From: Isurus oxyrinchus
Taxonomy: Eukaryota
Direction: 5' to 3'
Assembly (NCBI GenBank): GCA_026770705.1
Contig: JANJGN010000019.1
Coordinates: 105,028,001 to 105,092,000, forward strand
Length of the DNA: 64,000 bases
Within the stretch, counting starts at the first letter, position 1; every line of letters begins with the position of its first letter. The notes beneath the pieces are model-generated. The model did no database searches and had not been told where the DNA came from. It worked only from the letters and a program-made list of their open reading frames with translations. Below, in pieces: positions 51,341 through 64,000 of the stretch. The translations under genes were made by a program, and so were the position numbers.

Positions 51341-52029
51341 TAGTACAATCACATGATGCCTGTACGGCAATAAAAATCCACATCAACCTATTCCGACAAG
51401 ATTTTACTGTTACACAGTTGGTGTGAAGTAAAATGCTTTCATTGAAATGGTCTCCAGGCACAGTTTGCACATGCACTAATGACGGTGTCGTGTAGACATA
51501 GCACTGTACTTTCCCCCTATTAAGGCAGAAACTTGCACTTGTTTTAGCAGCAAATGTAACTGTTCAGATTGCAGCCCTTCCTTTTAAATACCAGCTGCAA
51601 TTTGTCAGTATTTTGTGTGAGAGAGTTTCTAGATTTACAGTAAGAAGCTTCAAGATTGGAAATGAAAAACAAATCAATCCTGAGAGCAGAATGTGGAAAC
51701 AGGTTTTTTTAGCAATATTGTGTGTGTCTTTATTTTGTATTATGGGTGCTAATGCAAGATATAGGTGTGACTTTAATAGGAGGCAAAAAGACCAGCAGTT
51801 AGGTCGGGGTGGATCATGACATTTTGCACTAACCGAGATTGGGTGGGAGAGAGAAGCCTGTTCTACATTGAAGTCAATGGGCAAGGTTTGACTGTGGTCT
51901 CGGGACCCACACGTGAGAACCAGATGGGGGTCCCGAGCACTTGCTAGCAGCAGGGACTGGTTCAGCAATTTTCCCAGTATTGTTTTCCTAAATGGTCGTC
52001 ACCAGGACCACCATCATGTTAAGGGTCGT

Positions 52030-52989
52030 CAGAGGGATTGCAGACCCTGCCAATCCAATCAGAGGGATTGCAGACCCTGCCAATCCAATCAGAGGGATTG
52101 CAGACCCTGCCTCTCCAACCAGAGGGATTGCAGACCCTGCCAATCCAATCAGAGGGATTGCAGACCCTGCCAATCCAATCAGAGGAATTGCAGATGCTGC
52201 CAATCCAATCAGAGGGATTGCAGACCCTGCCAATCCAATCAGAAGGATTGCAGACCCTGCCAATCCAATCAGAGGGATTTCAGACCCTGCCAATCCAATC
52301 AGAGGGATTGCAGACCCTGCCAATCCAATCAGAGGGATTGCAGACCCTGCCAATCCAATCAGGGGAATTGTAGATCCTGCCAATCCAATCAGAGGGATTG
52401 TAGATCCTGCCAATCCAATCAGAGGAATTGTCGATCCTGCCAATCCAATCAGAGGAATTGTAGATCCTGCCAATCCAATCAGAGGAATTGTAGATCCTGC
52501 CAATCCAATCAGAGGGATTGTTGATGTTGCCAATCCAATTAGAGGAATTGTAGATCCTGCCAATCCAATCAGATGGATTGCAGACCCTGCCAATCCAATC
52601 AGAGGAATTGTAGATCCTACCAATCCAATTAGAGGAATTATAGATCCTGCCAATTCAATCAGAGTAATTATAGATCCTGCCAATCCAATTAGAGGAATTA
52701 TAGATCCTGCCAATCCAATCAGAGGAATTGTAGATCCTGCCAATCCAATCAGAGGGATTGTAGATCCTGCCAATCCAATCAGAGGAATTGTAGATCTTGC
52801 CAATCCAATCAGAGGGATTGTAGATCCTGCCAATCCAATCAGAGGGATTGTAGATCCTGCCAATCCAATCAGAGGAATTGTAGATCCTGCCAATCCAATC
52901 AGAGGAATTGTAGATCCTGCCAATCCAATCAGAGGAATTGTAGATCCTGCCAATCCAATCAGAGGGATTGCAGACGCCGCCAATCCAAT
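52030..52989. repeat. 30-bp tandem array (CAGAGGGATTGCAGACCCTGCCAATCCAAT)x32
   Basis: Exactly 960 bp with no indels; explains ORFs 51913-52524, 51988-52983 and 51992-53005. Confidence 0.97.
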
Positions 52990-53234
52990 CAGAGTAGTTC
53001 TGTAGCCTCTGCACCTGGAGAGGTGGGCATCGTTGAAGCAGGTCAGGGATCATGAGAGGGCATCTCAGCATGGAGTCCTTCTTTGGAGAGGTAAATAAAG
53101 ATATTTCAGAACAGAGGGGCCGAGCGGGCAAGCTGATCTGGATGGGTGAAGGGGGAACCTTCCCTGCCCATGTCTGCCCTTTGGGGCATAGAGCCTCCAG
53201 CTCCAAAGGCTCCTCAGACTGCCTCAGGGAGGTA

Positions 53235-53580
53235 CGGAGGGTGTGTTGCACTCTTGGAAGCGGTGTTTCCTGGATGAGGCGTTAAAGTTAGGCCCCATCA
53301 CCTTCTCAGGTGGATGTAAAAGACCTCTTGACACTAAGTCGAAGAAGAGCAGCAGAGTTATATTTGTGTCCTGTCCAATATTCACCCCTCAATCAACATC
53401 ACAAAAAAAAAACAGGTTATCTGGTCATTACTGATTGTTGCTTGTGAGAGCTTGCTGTGCACAAATTGGCTACCACATTTCCTGAAGTACAGCAGTAATT
53501 ACAATTCCAAATTACTTCATTGGTTTTATAGTTCTTTGGAAAATCCTAAAGTTATAAAAGGTGCTACATAATTGCAAGCC
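53235..53580 (+). mobile_element. Deu-domain SINE (AmnSINE1/SacSINE1-like) fragment
   Basis: ctcaggtggatgtaaaaga...gaagaagagcag...tgtcctgtccaatatt...ttatctggtcatta...gagcttgctgtgcacaaattggct...aaaggtgctac matches the Deu/AmnSINE1-type core and tail. Confidence 0.78.
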
Positions 53581-54859
53581 TATTGTTCTGCAAGGGAACG
53601 AATGACGCCTGACCCCAGCGGCCACCTGAAATATGGCCCACCCGGTATCAGATTAAACATCTTTCAGACACCCTCCAGACATGGGACCTTGGTCCCCAAA
53701 ATTTACTGGCACATCAAGATCCAACTGCTTTTGTTTCCCCCCACCCCCCTTTGCCCCTTGTACAGACATATTGTGTGTGGTTTGATGTTAGAGTGGTAGA
53801 GACCAGCGAACAGTTCACCTGAGCAACACCTGAATTGGTGTGAAATGCGAGGCGGCCATGAGAAAGTGGAAGAAAATTAACAAAGTTGGCGGAGCAATTT
53901 CTGAGAATGCCAGTATCACACGTAAATATTTTATTATAGTGGTATTGTCTTCGCTATCAATCGCCAAGATGGGCGAGAGAGTGTTAGGGGGATTAAAAAA
54001 ATGTTAAAATGGGGATCATGCCCACATCCTATAGTGTGTCCCCAGCTGCCATTTTTACAGTGATTGGTTTTGAAGCCCATAACATTAATATATTTAAATC
54101 AATCTCCCATGGTACAATTGGCTGATTTAAATGTAACAGATGTTGCGTGGATTTTCTATGGCTTGGAAAACGCAGCAGTGAAATGGAGGTAGGAGCTGTT
54201 GGCTCGTGAAGGTGTGTATCTTTTCCAGCGTTCCTTGTGATCCAGGAGCAGCAGGAATGGTTCCACCAGCCCCTCTAGGAAGCCTTTGGCCTCTGATAAA
54301 CAAGGCCCCCATTCCCCCACCATGCCACAACCACAAAGCTCCCAACTCCCCACTCTTCCCGTAAACATTGAAATCCACGCCATGCTGCATCCAAGCCCCA
54401 ACCCCCTCACCCTCCTGGTCATGATCTGTGGTCATTCCCCTCTTCAAGTGGCTTCCCTTCTCCCTTGCCACCTCCTCCAGCAGGTTTAGATCTCCAGCAT
54501 TCCCCTATCCTGAATGCCTCTCTCTTCTCACCTTCTCTGATCTCAGGCATAGGTGACTGACTCTCTCCTTACTCAATTGCCTTTCTACGCCGTCTACCTG
54601 CCCCCCTCCACCCAACCCTCCCTCCCCCTCCCTGGTCCTGATCTCTAGAAGTTTCCTTTCCTAACTGCTCCTCTCTTCCACCCCCCCAATCAGGCCTGTC
54701 TCTCTCCCAAGTGCTGGGAGCTGTCCCTGATATTCCCAGCTACATTCTTCTGTCACTGACCTTCCTGCCCAGCCAAGCCTATCTATTCAACCAGTTGCCA
54801 GGTGGGAAAAAGAGGAGAGCAGTTGGAATGGGGTCCTGCTGTTAAATTTGTCAGAATAA

Positions 54860-55020
54860 GATCATAAGAAATGGAAGTAGGAGGAGGCCATTCAGCCCCT
54901 CGAGCCTGCTCCACCATTCAATAAGATCATGGCGGATCTGATTGTGGCCTTAATGCCACTTTCCTGCCTGTCCTCCATAATTCTTGACCCTCTTGTCAAT
55001 CAAAAATCTGTCCACCTCTG
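54860..55020 (-). mobile_element. CR1 3'UTR fragment
   Basis: cataagaaatggaagtaggaggaggccattcagcccctcgagcctgctccaccattcaataagatcatgg, homologous to about 46195-46360. Confidence 0.75.
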
Positions 55021-56155
55021 TGTCCTCTGCCTGGTCACATACCCCACTGATTTCCCTTGCCTGCACTCCACTTCCTGCTAAATATTGTGACCACTATCTC
55101 TTTGGTACACACTTCATCCACCTGCTTATTTCACAATGACTTCAAAGAGGCACTGATTTCACTGTGCAAGAGAACCATGTGCTGGGTATGTAGATGCACC
55201 GATGCACATCACTGTTGAATTAAATTTCTTCTGAAACATTTATATCCTTAATAATCGTATTGCGTGCAAATCTTAATTAGTTGTGTTTTGTGCTAATTTC
55301 CCCGTAATCCTAAGTGACCAAAAGGGAGGTAATTATGTTGCATTCACCTCTTCTTATCCTGCTTTATACTTTAACACTGCTGGTTAAAGAGTCTGGGAAC
55401 AGACTATGGAACTCGCCCCTCTCACCACATGAAGAAACAATTCAGTGGCATCATGGATTTCAGTAGATTAGATTATTGATAGTATTATCCATTCATAATG
55501 TCACCAGGGTGAATAGTCATGACATCACATGAGGGACAGACAGACACTAGCTGAGCTGCCTCTAATCAACAATTCAGAAGGGGGCTATAGAGTAATGGAG
55601 AGATGCTCATGGGCCTACAGATATTTCCTTTATTAACACTGGACTGTGAGAGCTCAGCACAGTGCCCTTCCCCTTTACGAATGCTTATTCTTTCAGGAGG
55701 CATTTTGAAAGGAGAGAACAAGTAACTCATAGGATTTGTTTACCAACCCCCACCCTATCCCACCCCAACCCCTTTCAGCAGTAACCTTTCAAACACACCT
55801 ACCGACCAAGACTGAGCTGCCACTCTTTAAAAGGGTAAAAATGCTTTCCGGTTTCTACAATGGCTACAATATGATCCAGGCCCGTTAAAAGTCTCAACGT
55901 TGCTTGAAACTTCTAAACCTCCAGTCAGAAAAATAGAGAAAGGAAGGTGAAGATTGGATCCCCATTTCTGACTGTCACTTTGATGTAAAGACATTATTAG
56001 TAAATGAAGGTATATTGATTGTGGCTCCAGGGTCAGGATTAACCAGAATGGTCACTGCTCTGCTGAAGCAGTTGGGTATTCTGCCTCGCAGCTATGGCCT
56101 TTTTGGAGGTCAGGTGCCCTGTGCCCGTTAGCACAGAGGAATTAGACAGAACATG

Positions 56156-56447
56156 NNNNNNNNNNNNNNNNNNNNNNNNNNNNNNNNNNNNNNNNNNNNN
56201 NNNNNNNNNNNNNNNNNNNNNNNNNNNNNNNNNNNNNNNNNNNNNNNNNNNNNNNNNNNNNNNNNNNNNNNNNNNNNNNNNNNNNNNNNNNNNNNNNNNN
56301 NNNNNNNNNNNNNNNNNNNNNNNNNNNNNNNNNNNNNNNNNNNNNNNNNNNNNNNNNNNNNNNNNNNNNNNNNNNNNNNNNNNNNNNNNNNNNNNNNNNN
56401 NNNNNNNNNNNNNNNNNNNNNNNNNNNNNNNNNNNNNNNNNNNNNNN
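56156..56447. other. Assembly gap (292 N)
   Basis: Run of N characters. Confidence 0.99.
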
Positions 56448-59400
56448 GCTGGAGAAGCGGCTGGGAGGTTTTATTTTCTCTGTCCTGTAGAGCAAGGCTG
56501 TGTTTTAGTGTAAAAGCCTTGGCAGAAGCACCCACCCAAAGCACTCCTTCCAGACGCAAGTCAAAAGTTTCACTTTGCTTGGTTGATCCTCAGCCCTGAC
56601 ATTTTCCCAGTTTATTGACGAATGATTACGTTTCCCCACTACTGAAGTAATGTGAGAATTTTCCCATCTGGCTATGCTAATGCAAACAAGTATACAGCGA
56701 AAAGCACTGTAGAATTCAATGCAAGTTCTCTTCATTGTCCTTCCATTTTTTAATAACATTGTTTTAAAGCGTTTTTTTTTTCTCGCTTCCCTCTTTGTGA
56801 AGGCCAAACTGTTCTTGTACTACAGTAATCCCTTCCTTAAGCAGTATTGTTTTTCACATCAAAAAGACTAATTGAATTATCTCATTAATTTAATTTGTTA
56901 AGCAAATGTATTTCACCATCGCAGGATGTGCTCTTGCAGGGAGGGTCCTACGATTTTGCTTCTGAATGGGTCAATGCTGCACTCTAGCATTCATGCATTC
57001 ATTAGCTTTGTCGGAAGAAAGGAACATTGGTTGTTTTTTTTTAAACAACCAAGCAGCATGGAGCAACTTTTCCATCGACCGCAGGGGTCTCTCTACATAT
57101 GTTCTCAACTCTGAGCCATTGTCACCTCCTCTGAACAACTCTGAGGGACAAAAACAACAAAGGCTGGTCACAGTAATTCCCAGCAGTTAGTTTAATGCAG
57201 CAAAAGGACGGGGGTGTGGGGGGGGGGTGGGGGGTGGTGGGGAGTAAAGTATAGTTTCCACTCGTTACTGGTTTGTGTTCATTTTTATAGTTTTTTTTTG
57301 TTGCTGTGCAGAAAATTTTTAGTGTTGCAGCTTATAATGGGGGAGGGGTAACGATATGCGGAAGGTGTGTTTTTTTAACATGCGGGTATTTAATGGGTAT
57401 TTAACAGTTCTACTTTCTGAGCTTTGAACACTGAAATGCAAAAGGCTTGAGTTTTGCCCCTATTGTGTGAATAGAGTGGATCACATAGCAATGCTTCACA
57501 CTAGATGCAGGGCACTTGGAGACGCTGGAATTTTACACTAACATTCCCTTGTAGTTGTCCTATGCAAATGGGAGCAGAATTAAACATCATTGAAGCTTTT
57601 GCATTCTTTTTCAATTTTGCCCAGCAACATTACCATTGAGTTAAACAAAAACTCCTATTGATTTGAATTAGTTTAAAAAATACTCAAAGCCAAGCAGTAA
57701 AGGTATCTTGCTGAGACTGACCCAAGAATGATTTTCACTGACTGGAAAGGAAGGATCCTTAAACTAGATATATTGAGGAGCCCTCAGATCACTCAATTAA
57801 GCCCCTTGGCTTCCTTTGCCTGTCCTCTCAAGGACTCTCCTGTATGCTCTGCAAAGAATATATTTGATCACAGAATGAAAACAGGAAGTGCTCAGGCACA
57901 AAGACCTCCCCCTATAAATGTTCCCATCAATTTTCAGAGAGATGTCCTTATCTTTGCCACAACAAACACATTGAGGTGGCTTTTATTTCGGTGTAGAGGC
58001 TTTCAGACCTTCATTAGAATGTGTCAGACTTTGATGGAATAAAAACGTTACTTTTTCCAGATTTTAAAAAAAAAACCACCCTCCTCAAATGAAATACCAC
58101 AATCTTTTCTGCAGAGCCACAAGTTTATATTTAAGGTCACGATACAATTGCTCATTTCATTTACCTGCGCAAGTAGAATAAAATTAAAGGCGTGGGGGTT
58201 AGTCAGGAGATCACTGGGATGCAATATATAATTCTGAAAGAAAAAGATAATTGATGTTTTTGAACTTAAATTATGACAAATTTTGGTCATTGGCACAATT
58301 TCATTTCTGTCACCATGGCAACACCCTGGTGATGAAAATTATCATTAAGTTTGATACAACACACATGGCCTTTGAGCTGTTAGGCTAACAGTTAACCATG
58401 TTACACATGGCTACAGGCAATCTTATCCTAGAAGAGGATGTTTGCTTGACACAAAGACTAGTCCACCCATTCTAGTGTGGACATGGACATGAGCGCACCC
58501 TGTTTGAGAGACTGTCCTTATTCCTGCAGTAGTTCAGCAGAGCTTCTTTTATATTCTGTCTTGTTGCAGTAGAATGCACTGCAGCTCAACCGGCTGAGTT
58601 TCAATGGTCCTGATAGCCAGAACATAACTGCTCATTGTTTGTATTAATAATTGCCAAAGTTACGTTTTGCACTGTCATCAGTCTTTCAGTGAAGGAAATG
58701 ATATATAAAAACAGCATTGTTGACTACATATTACCTGATGGTAAAGGCAGTAGTATTTTGAGTTATTCTTAATGCATGTTTTTTGGTACAAATTCCAATA
58801 TTCTTTTAAATATTGAATTGCACTTACAGTCTCAGTTTAACCCATTCTTGTCCTTTGGACAGTCTCTTTTTTGTTTAGTGGGATTGGTATGATGGGGGGA
58901 GGGTGGGGGGTGGGGGGGGGGGGTTTGCAGCGGGGATGGCGGAGGGGGGTGTGTGTAGATGGTGGGGGCTCACCGAGATTCAAGACTGATTGAGGCTGCT
59001 AGTCTCATTTGTCATGTGCTTGTTTGCTGTAGGGACTCGATGTCAGCACTTTGGTCACCCATAGCAACCTAGGGACAGTTCACTTGTCACAGACCGTGCC
59101 TATAGAAAACTAAATGTTCCAGAGCTCATCAGTCACAGAGCTATCAGATAATTATGGCAAAGGCCACCAAAGCCTCTGCTTTTATCAAACAAGGTTCTCT
59201 GCAGCCTTTTTTCTACAATGGAAAGGACAGAAGTCAATACTGTCTGCCATCTGTTGTCTTTGTCCTGCGTTCTCACATGAAGTCATGAAGCTATGAGATG
59301 GGGATATTAACCCCTCCAGGATTGCAATAACTAACAATTTTTTTAAGTCAGGCATAAAACAAAACTTTTCTTTACAAGAAGACAAATATGTTCTCTAAGT

Positions 59401-62400
59401 TACAGCTTTGAATCCCGTTACATTTGTTTGAAATGCTCCAGATCAGCCACTATTATATAAGGGACTCAAGGCTATGTTTTTTTAAGGACGAATAGGACCA
59501 GCATTCATGTGACTTTTAGACCCTCCCCTCCCTGCATCGCAGAAAACAGTTTTTGTCAATTGTTTTGTGCCCTGTGAATATTTAGGTGATGATAGAACAC
59601 CATTTCCACCAAATTGTCATGCCAGCGCTATTAACTGTTTTCTCACAGTAGTACTCGAAGGACTTATTCACCTAGAGAGATGGCAAGTGAGAATGATCGC
59701 AGCCATCCCCCGCTCCACAGAGCCCCACCCCCATCCCCAATATTTTTCTGCTTAACCGTCAGGTTAAGTTTGCCTGAAAACAAATGAGTGGCACCCTGGG
59801 CTAATGTTGTCAGAAAGATAACATTACTGTAGGTTTTCCAAGACCGATGCATCAAAGGGTTTTGGTTTGTCACTGGGCGCTTATTATATCATGACATTAT
59901 TTTCATTTCGCTTTTCCCAGTGTCCAGTCACATGTTTATGACACCGTAGAAAGCACCCCTTGCCTCTTTAATTGACATAGAAGATGTTTAGCCTAAACAC
60001 AAAAAAAAAATGGCCACGTCTTACATTTACTTCAAATTCTAATCCTAGTGTTCGGCAGTGGACTACAATATAAGTATAAATATGCACTCTTGGAGGAATG
60101 GCTGGTTTGCTGCAGATTTAGAGACGTATTTGAAACAGCTAAAGCTTTAGCCTGATTTTGAATGCACAGAATACAGTGTATGATTCATTTGGACAGTGAC
60201 TAGTAGAAAAGATTGGCAGAAGCTTGAATTATAAAACGACTGGCAATATTAGCATGTCTTGAACACTTCTTTCTCATCTAATAGTAAGATGTTAAGATGT
60301 TTTCATGCCTTACAGATCACCTTCTTTATAAAGTGCTACCGTAGGTAAATCCCAAATCCAGCTTAGCTACACTTCAAAGGGCATAAATATTTTTGAACTA
60401 GCAGAAGTCAAACACAGTGCTTATTGATGACTTTATCTGTAAAACACAAAGGGTGACTGGAATAGTGCAAGCAATTGGTTTTTCTTCAAAAAGATTTTTG
60501 AAACTAAAGCTTGCAGTTTCCTTTACTACTGTAGAGTGCTTAAAAAGTGAAAAGAGTAATCTGCACTTTTTGTATTGGTGCTGCATGTCCTTCAAACAAG
60601 CAGACAAGCGTCTAGAAATGTAGGGTGCAGATTATTCTAATCACAGTTTTTCACTGGCTTAATATTTTTAACCACCTATTTGAATTAATCACAGTTCCTG
60701 GAGGTACCACTTTAATCCCAGCTAAAAATGTTCTTAAAAATATTTTGAGAAGAGCTCTGTAAACTTTAACCACGTAAGTGTTTTCCCAAGATTAGCTTTT
60801 CACTTAGTGCCTAAATGTGCTTTTTCTTTTGTAAACCCTCACCATATTCCTGCTAGCACCTGCCATATAATATTCCTACATTACAAGATCAAAATTTAAT
60901 GGATTAAAAAAGTGAACTCACCTGCCCTCCCATAAATAGCCAGGAAATTACTTTACCATGAAGGCCTTCCATTTATCATCATTGAAAATCCAGACTGTTA
61001 AGTCTATGCTCATTTCTTAGTCACATGCTTCCTATCAAACTTGCTTATTTGCAATATAATGCACGGATAAAAGTGATGCAATCCCAAGGAGATTGTAAAA
61101 TGTACTTGTATAGGGAATGGTTTGATAGGGTGTTTTATATCAGTATTCCACACAATCCAGCTTCTGTGGCAGCGCCAACCTTCGCAAAGCAGGATTGCGT
61201 ACTTTTTTTTGCAAGCGCTGCTGGAGGGCGTTGTTGACGAGCTGCTGCTTTCAATGTAGTTGCCATTAATCATAGGCTGCCAGGTTGTGATGCAGGTTCT
61301 AAAAATGTACCATTGAGATGTTGTTATGTGCTGGAGGCCTACAAACAGCCCAGGTCTTTGATATTCGTCTCACACCAGGGTAAAGAAAATCCAGAGCAAA
61401 AGTGCAAATAGACAAAGAACTAGAAGGGTCGTAGAGAGGCAGTGGGGCAGGGGGGTTGGGGGGGGGTGGGTGGGGGGGTTGAGTGGGGGGTTGGGGGGGT
61501 GGTGGGTTGGTGGCTGTGGAGGGGAGGAAAGTAGTAAAATCAAAAACAGACACCGGGACCCTTGAGTTTGGTTTGGCAGGGCTGCTATAAATCTTTAACC
61601 TTCGACTTCAAAATTAGACTCTACGCTATTGTATTGATGCAATTTTTGATTAGGATGCATTCCGTATCTCTTGTGGTAATATCATTCTGGCTATCTAAAA
61701 GAATATGGCCGCAGACTTTGAATTAGTTTTGCTTTTCCACAGTAATATAATTTTTGATATCTAAGCAATGCAACTGCTAAACCACTCCTTTGTATGTCCA
61801 TAATTGTGAGCAGGTTTGCTTTACCAATAAAATGGGAAGCAAGGCAACTACAGAGGTGGCTACCTTATGAATATTCATGGTGCCAACCCCTCCTTTCTTA
61901 GGGGCTCTTGAGATTCCCTGATGTCAAAAGCAAGCTTGCACAGGCTGTTATGACACCGTTCACCAGCCACCTCAGCAACCCTTTGCCAGGGGAAGAGAGA
62001 AAAAAAGCCTGTAATTATCCACACTTTTCTGAATCCCCCCCCTTAATGTTCATTATTTAAACCAGCAGCAATTACAAGTTCAAAGGGGTTTAGGAGGCTA
62101 GCAACCTGCATAATCACTGCCAAATTAAGCAGGACTCATTCGTCACAGAACAGTACACTCTGAGCAGTGAATCATGCATGCAGTGACAGGCACTGATTTA
62201 CATGAAGACAGAAAGCCGTGGCCTGTGAGGTAGGGTTGAGCAATTCTCCATCCGCCAGTATCCTGGCGTGTACCCTATTCAGTTTGTTTTGGGGGGGCGG
62301 GGTGGGGGTGGGGGGTGGGGTGGGTGGTGGTGGGGGAGGGAGGGTGGAGGGTGGAAATCGCAGCTATCACTCGCATGCAGGTAAATCCATTAAGCAATTG

Positions 62401-64000
62401 TAATTTATACTTTTAGCTCCTGGTTTACTCGCCGTGTTTAGCCGCACAGCAATCGAGTGACACACCGAGCACTTTGGTTGATGGGCACTAACTGAACACT
62501 GCGTGCGTGCCCTTAGCTTAGCTTCCCGCAGCTACAGAGGTACTGAGCACTGTCTATGGCATTGCCTTTCAGGTGGTGATTGAGCATTCCAGGGGAGAAT
62601 CTCTGTGAGATCCTATTACCACAGCAAGTGACCAGGGTCACACAAAAGAACGCGACAAAGAGAAAAGGAAAAAGAGACAGATCTGGGTTTTATCAGGGCC
62701 CAGGTGTTCCTTTTTCTCCGGTACAAATCTGACAACTTGCGCCACCCAGCTTTCTCTAATGTTAGGGGGCCCTTTGGAAACCTTTCTGCCTGAAATTCCT
62801 TCATATGAATCTGCCCCCTGCTCTGTAACACATATCATTGTATGATTTGTGCAAACCATGTAGCCTTTTTTTTGTGCGCAGGAAGTAATTTTTCAACTTA
62901 TTTTTTTCAAAAACACAAAGAAGAGCTCTCTTCTCCCACCTGCACCGCCCCCCCACCAACCACTGCCCCCCACCCCCCACCCCCCCCCCCCCCCCACCCT
63001 CCACCCTATACACACTGTCAGGAGGTTGAAATGGTGCCCACACTGTCAGTACCTCTCATTGGTTGATTTACCAGCAGGCACATGGTGCAAAGTGAGAAGG
63101 AACTCCCTGCCCAAGCAGTTTTACATTCCTTTTATAGACGAGTGACCGAGGCATGGCAAACTTGCCCCTTAGGGAAGCCCCAAGTTCAAATGTCAAACAT
63201 AACTGAGAGTCAAACGCAGATTTCCTGCTCGACATTCCAACGTTGTGGCACGGACTTGCCCCATTCCGAGACTACCCAAAGATTTTCCTCGATAGGTACC
63301 AGCCACCTTGGCTCAGCTTTTGCCTTTGTACACATAAAGACTCTTACTGACCACAACAGTTAACAGCATTCTCTTGCAGAAAGGAAATTTAAGTATTCCT
63401 TGCATAGCATCATCACTTCCGAAGACTTGTAAATCAGATTAGCATTGAACTTTGACAATATATGCTTAGGAATCATTCTTAATAGTATGAAAGTATGCAT
63501 TAGAAGATATATTTTGCATACAAATTTAAAACCTTAAAATGAATGATGCCAGTACCTATTGCAGTGAGTTTCCAATTCACTATACTTTTCAAATAGCTTT
63601 TGATGGATGTGGAGATTTGAATAACAAGCACCTTTATGTTAATTAGGGAGAACGAAGATGCTTTCTGAGAGAACTAGACATGACTATTAAACACAGCCAG
63701 GTCAGAATATGACTCAGACCAAGATGAGTAGAAATCAAAATGTTGCAAATCCTGTCTGGTAACCTCAGAATATTATACTATACAGTAACTGTTCGCAGTT
63801 ATAAGTCCAATAAATGTGGTTCAGCACAACAGGCAGCCAGTAAGGGAAACAGGAATAACAGTTTGAGACAATTGAGTTTCCTTCATGCACACCTACTCTC
63901 TTACGTCAAAAAAGGGTTATTATCCTGAGGGGCCATTACAACTGGTGCCTGGTTTGAAGGCATTAGTTAAGCTAGTGCCTGCTGGCCATAGTCTGCAGTT

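Noticed and set aside
51913-53251. ORFs resembling keratin-associated or repeat proteins (CRPCQSNQRD, DPANPIRGI)
   Set aside because: Artefacts of the 30-bp tandem array, open on both strands. The array is also not a CRISPR array: the units are contiguous with no unique spacers, and the DNA is vertebrate.
56094-56599. ORFs of 117-148 aa
   Set aside because: They span the N gap.

Overview
Vertebrate intronic DNA, almost certainly from a cartilaginous fish (shark or ray), judged from the repeat content: CR1 and L2 LINEs, Penelope-like elements, Deu-type and tRNA-derived SINEs, and GC-rich Harbinger-type MITEs. The window lies inside the TALE-homeobox gene MEIS2 on the + strand. Only two coding exons are visible: 7229-7346 ([39 protein letters not shown]) and 45161-45306 ([49 protein letters not shown], the start of the homeodomain). 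They splice in frame across a 37.8-kb phase-1 intron. The introns contain: (1) a complete but decayed antisense Ty3/gypsy LTR retrotransposon with both LTRs, a tRNA-Leu PBS, a PPT and a near-perfect 5-bp TSD; (2) a three-level nest of CR1, a Harbinger MITE, and a Harbinger element carrying a spliced Myb/SANT pseudogene and an 18-bp minisatellite; (3) a 32 x 30-bp CCAAT-rich array; (4) several motif-dense, repeat-free blocks that look like the conserved enhancers expected at Meis loci, including a perfect DR2 retinoic-acid element. The most testable new observations are two candidate unannotated cassette exons (42408-42461 and 22844-22896). Both have strong splice signals and would truncate MEIS2 before the homeodomain. 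The upstream coding exon also has a distant-branch-point-type acceptor. I found no convincing evidence of a wholly new biological system. The long ORFs in the ORF track are artefacts of tandem repeats or the assembly gap.
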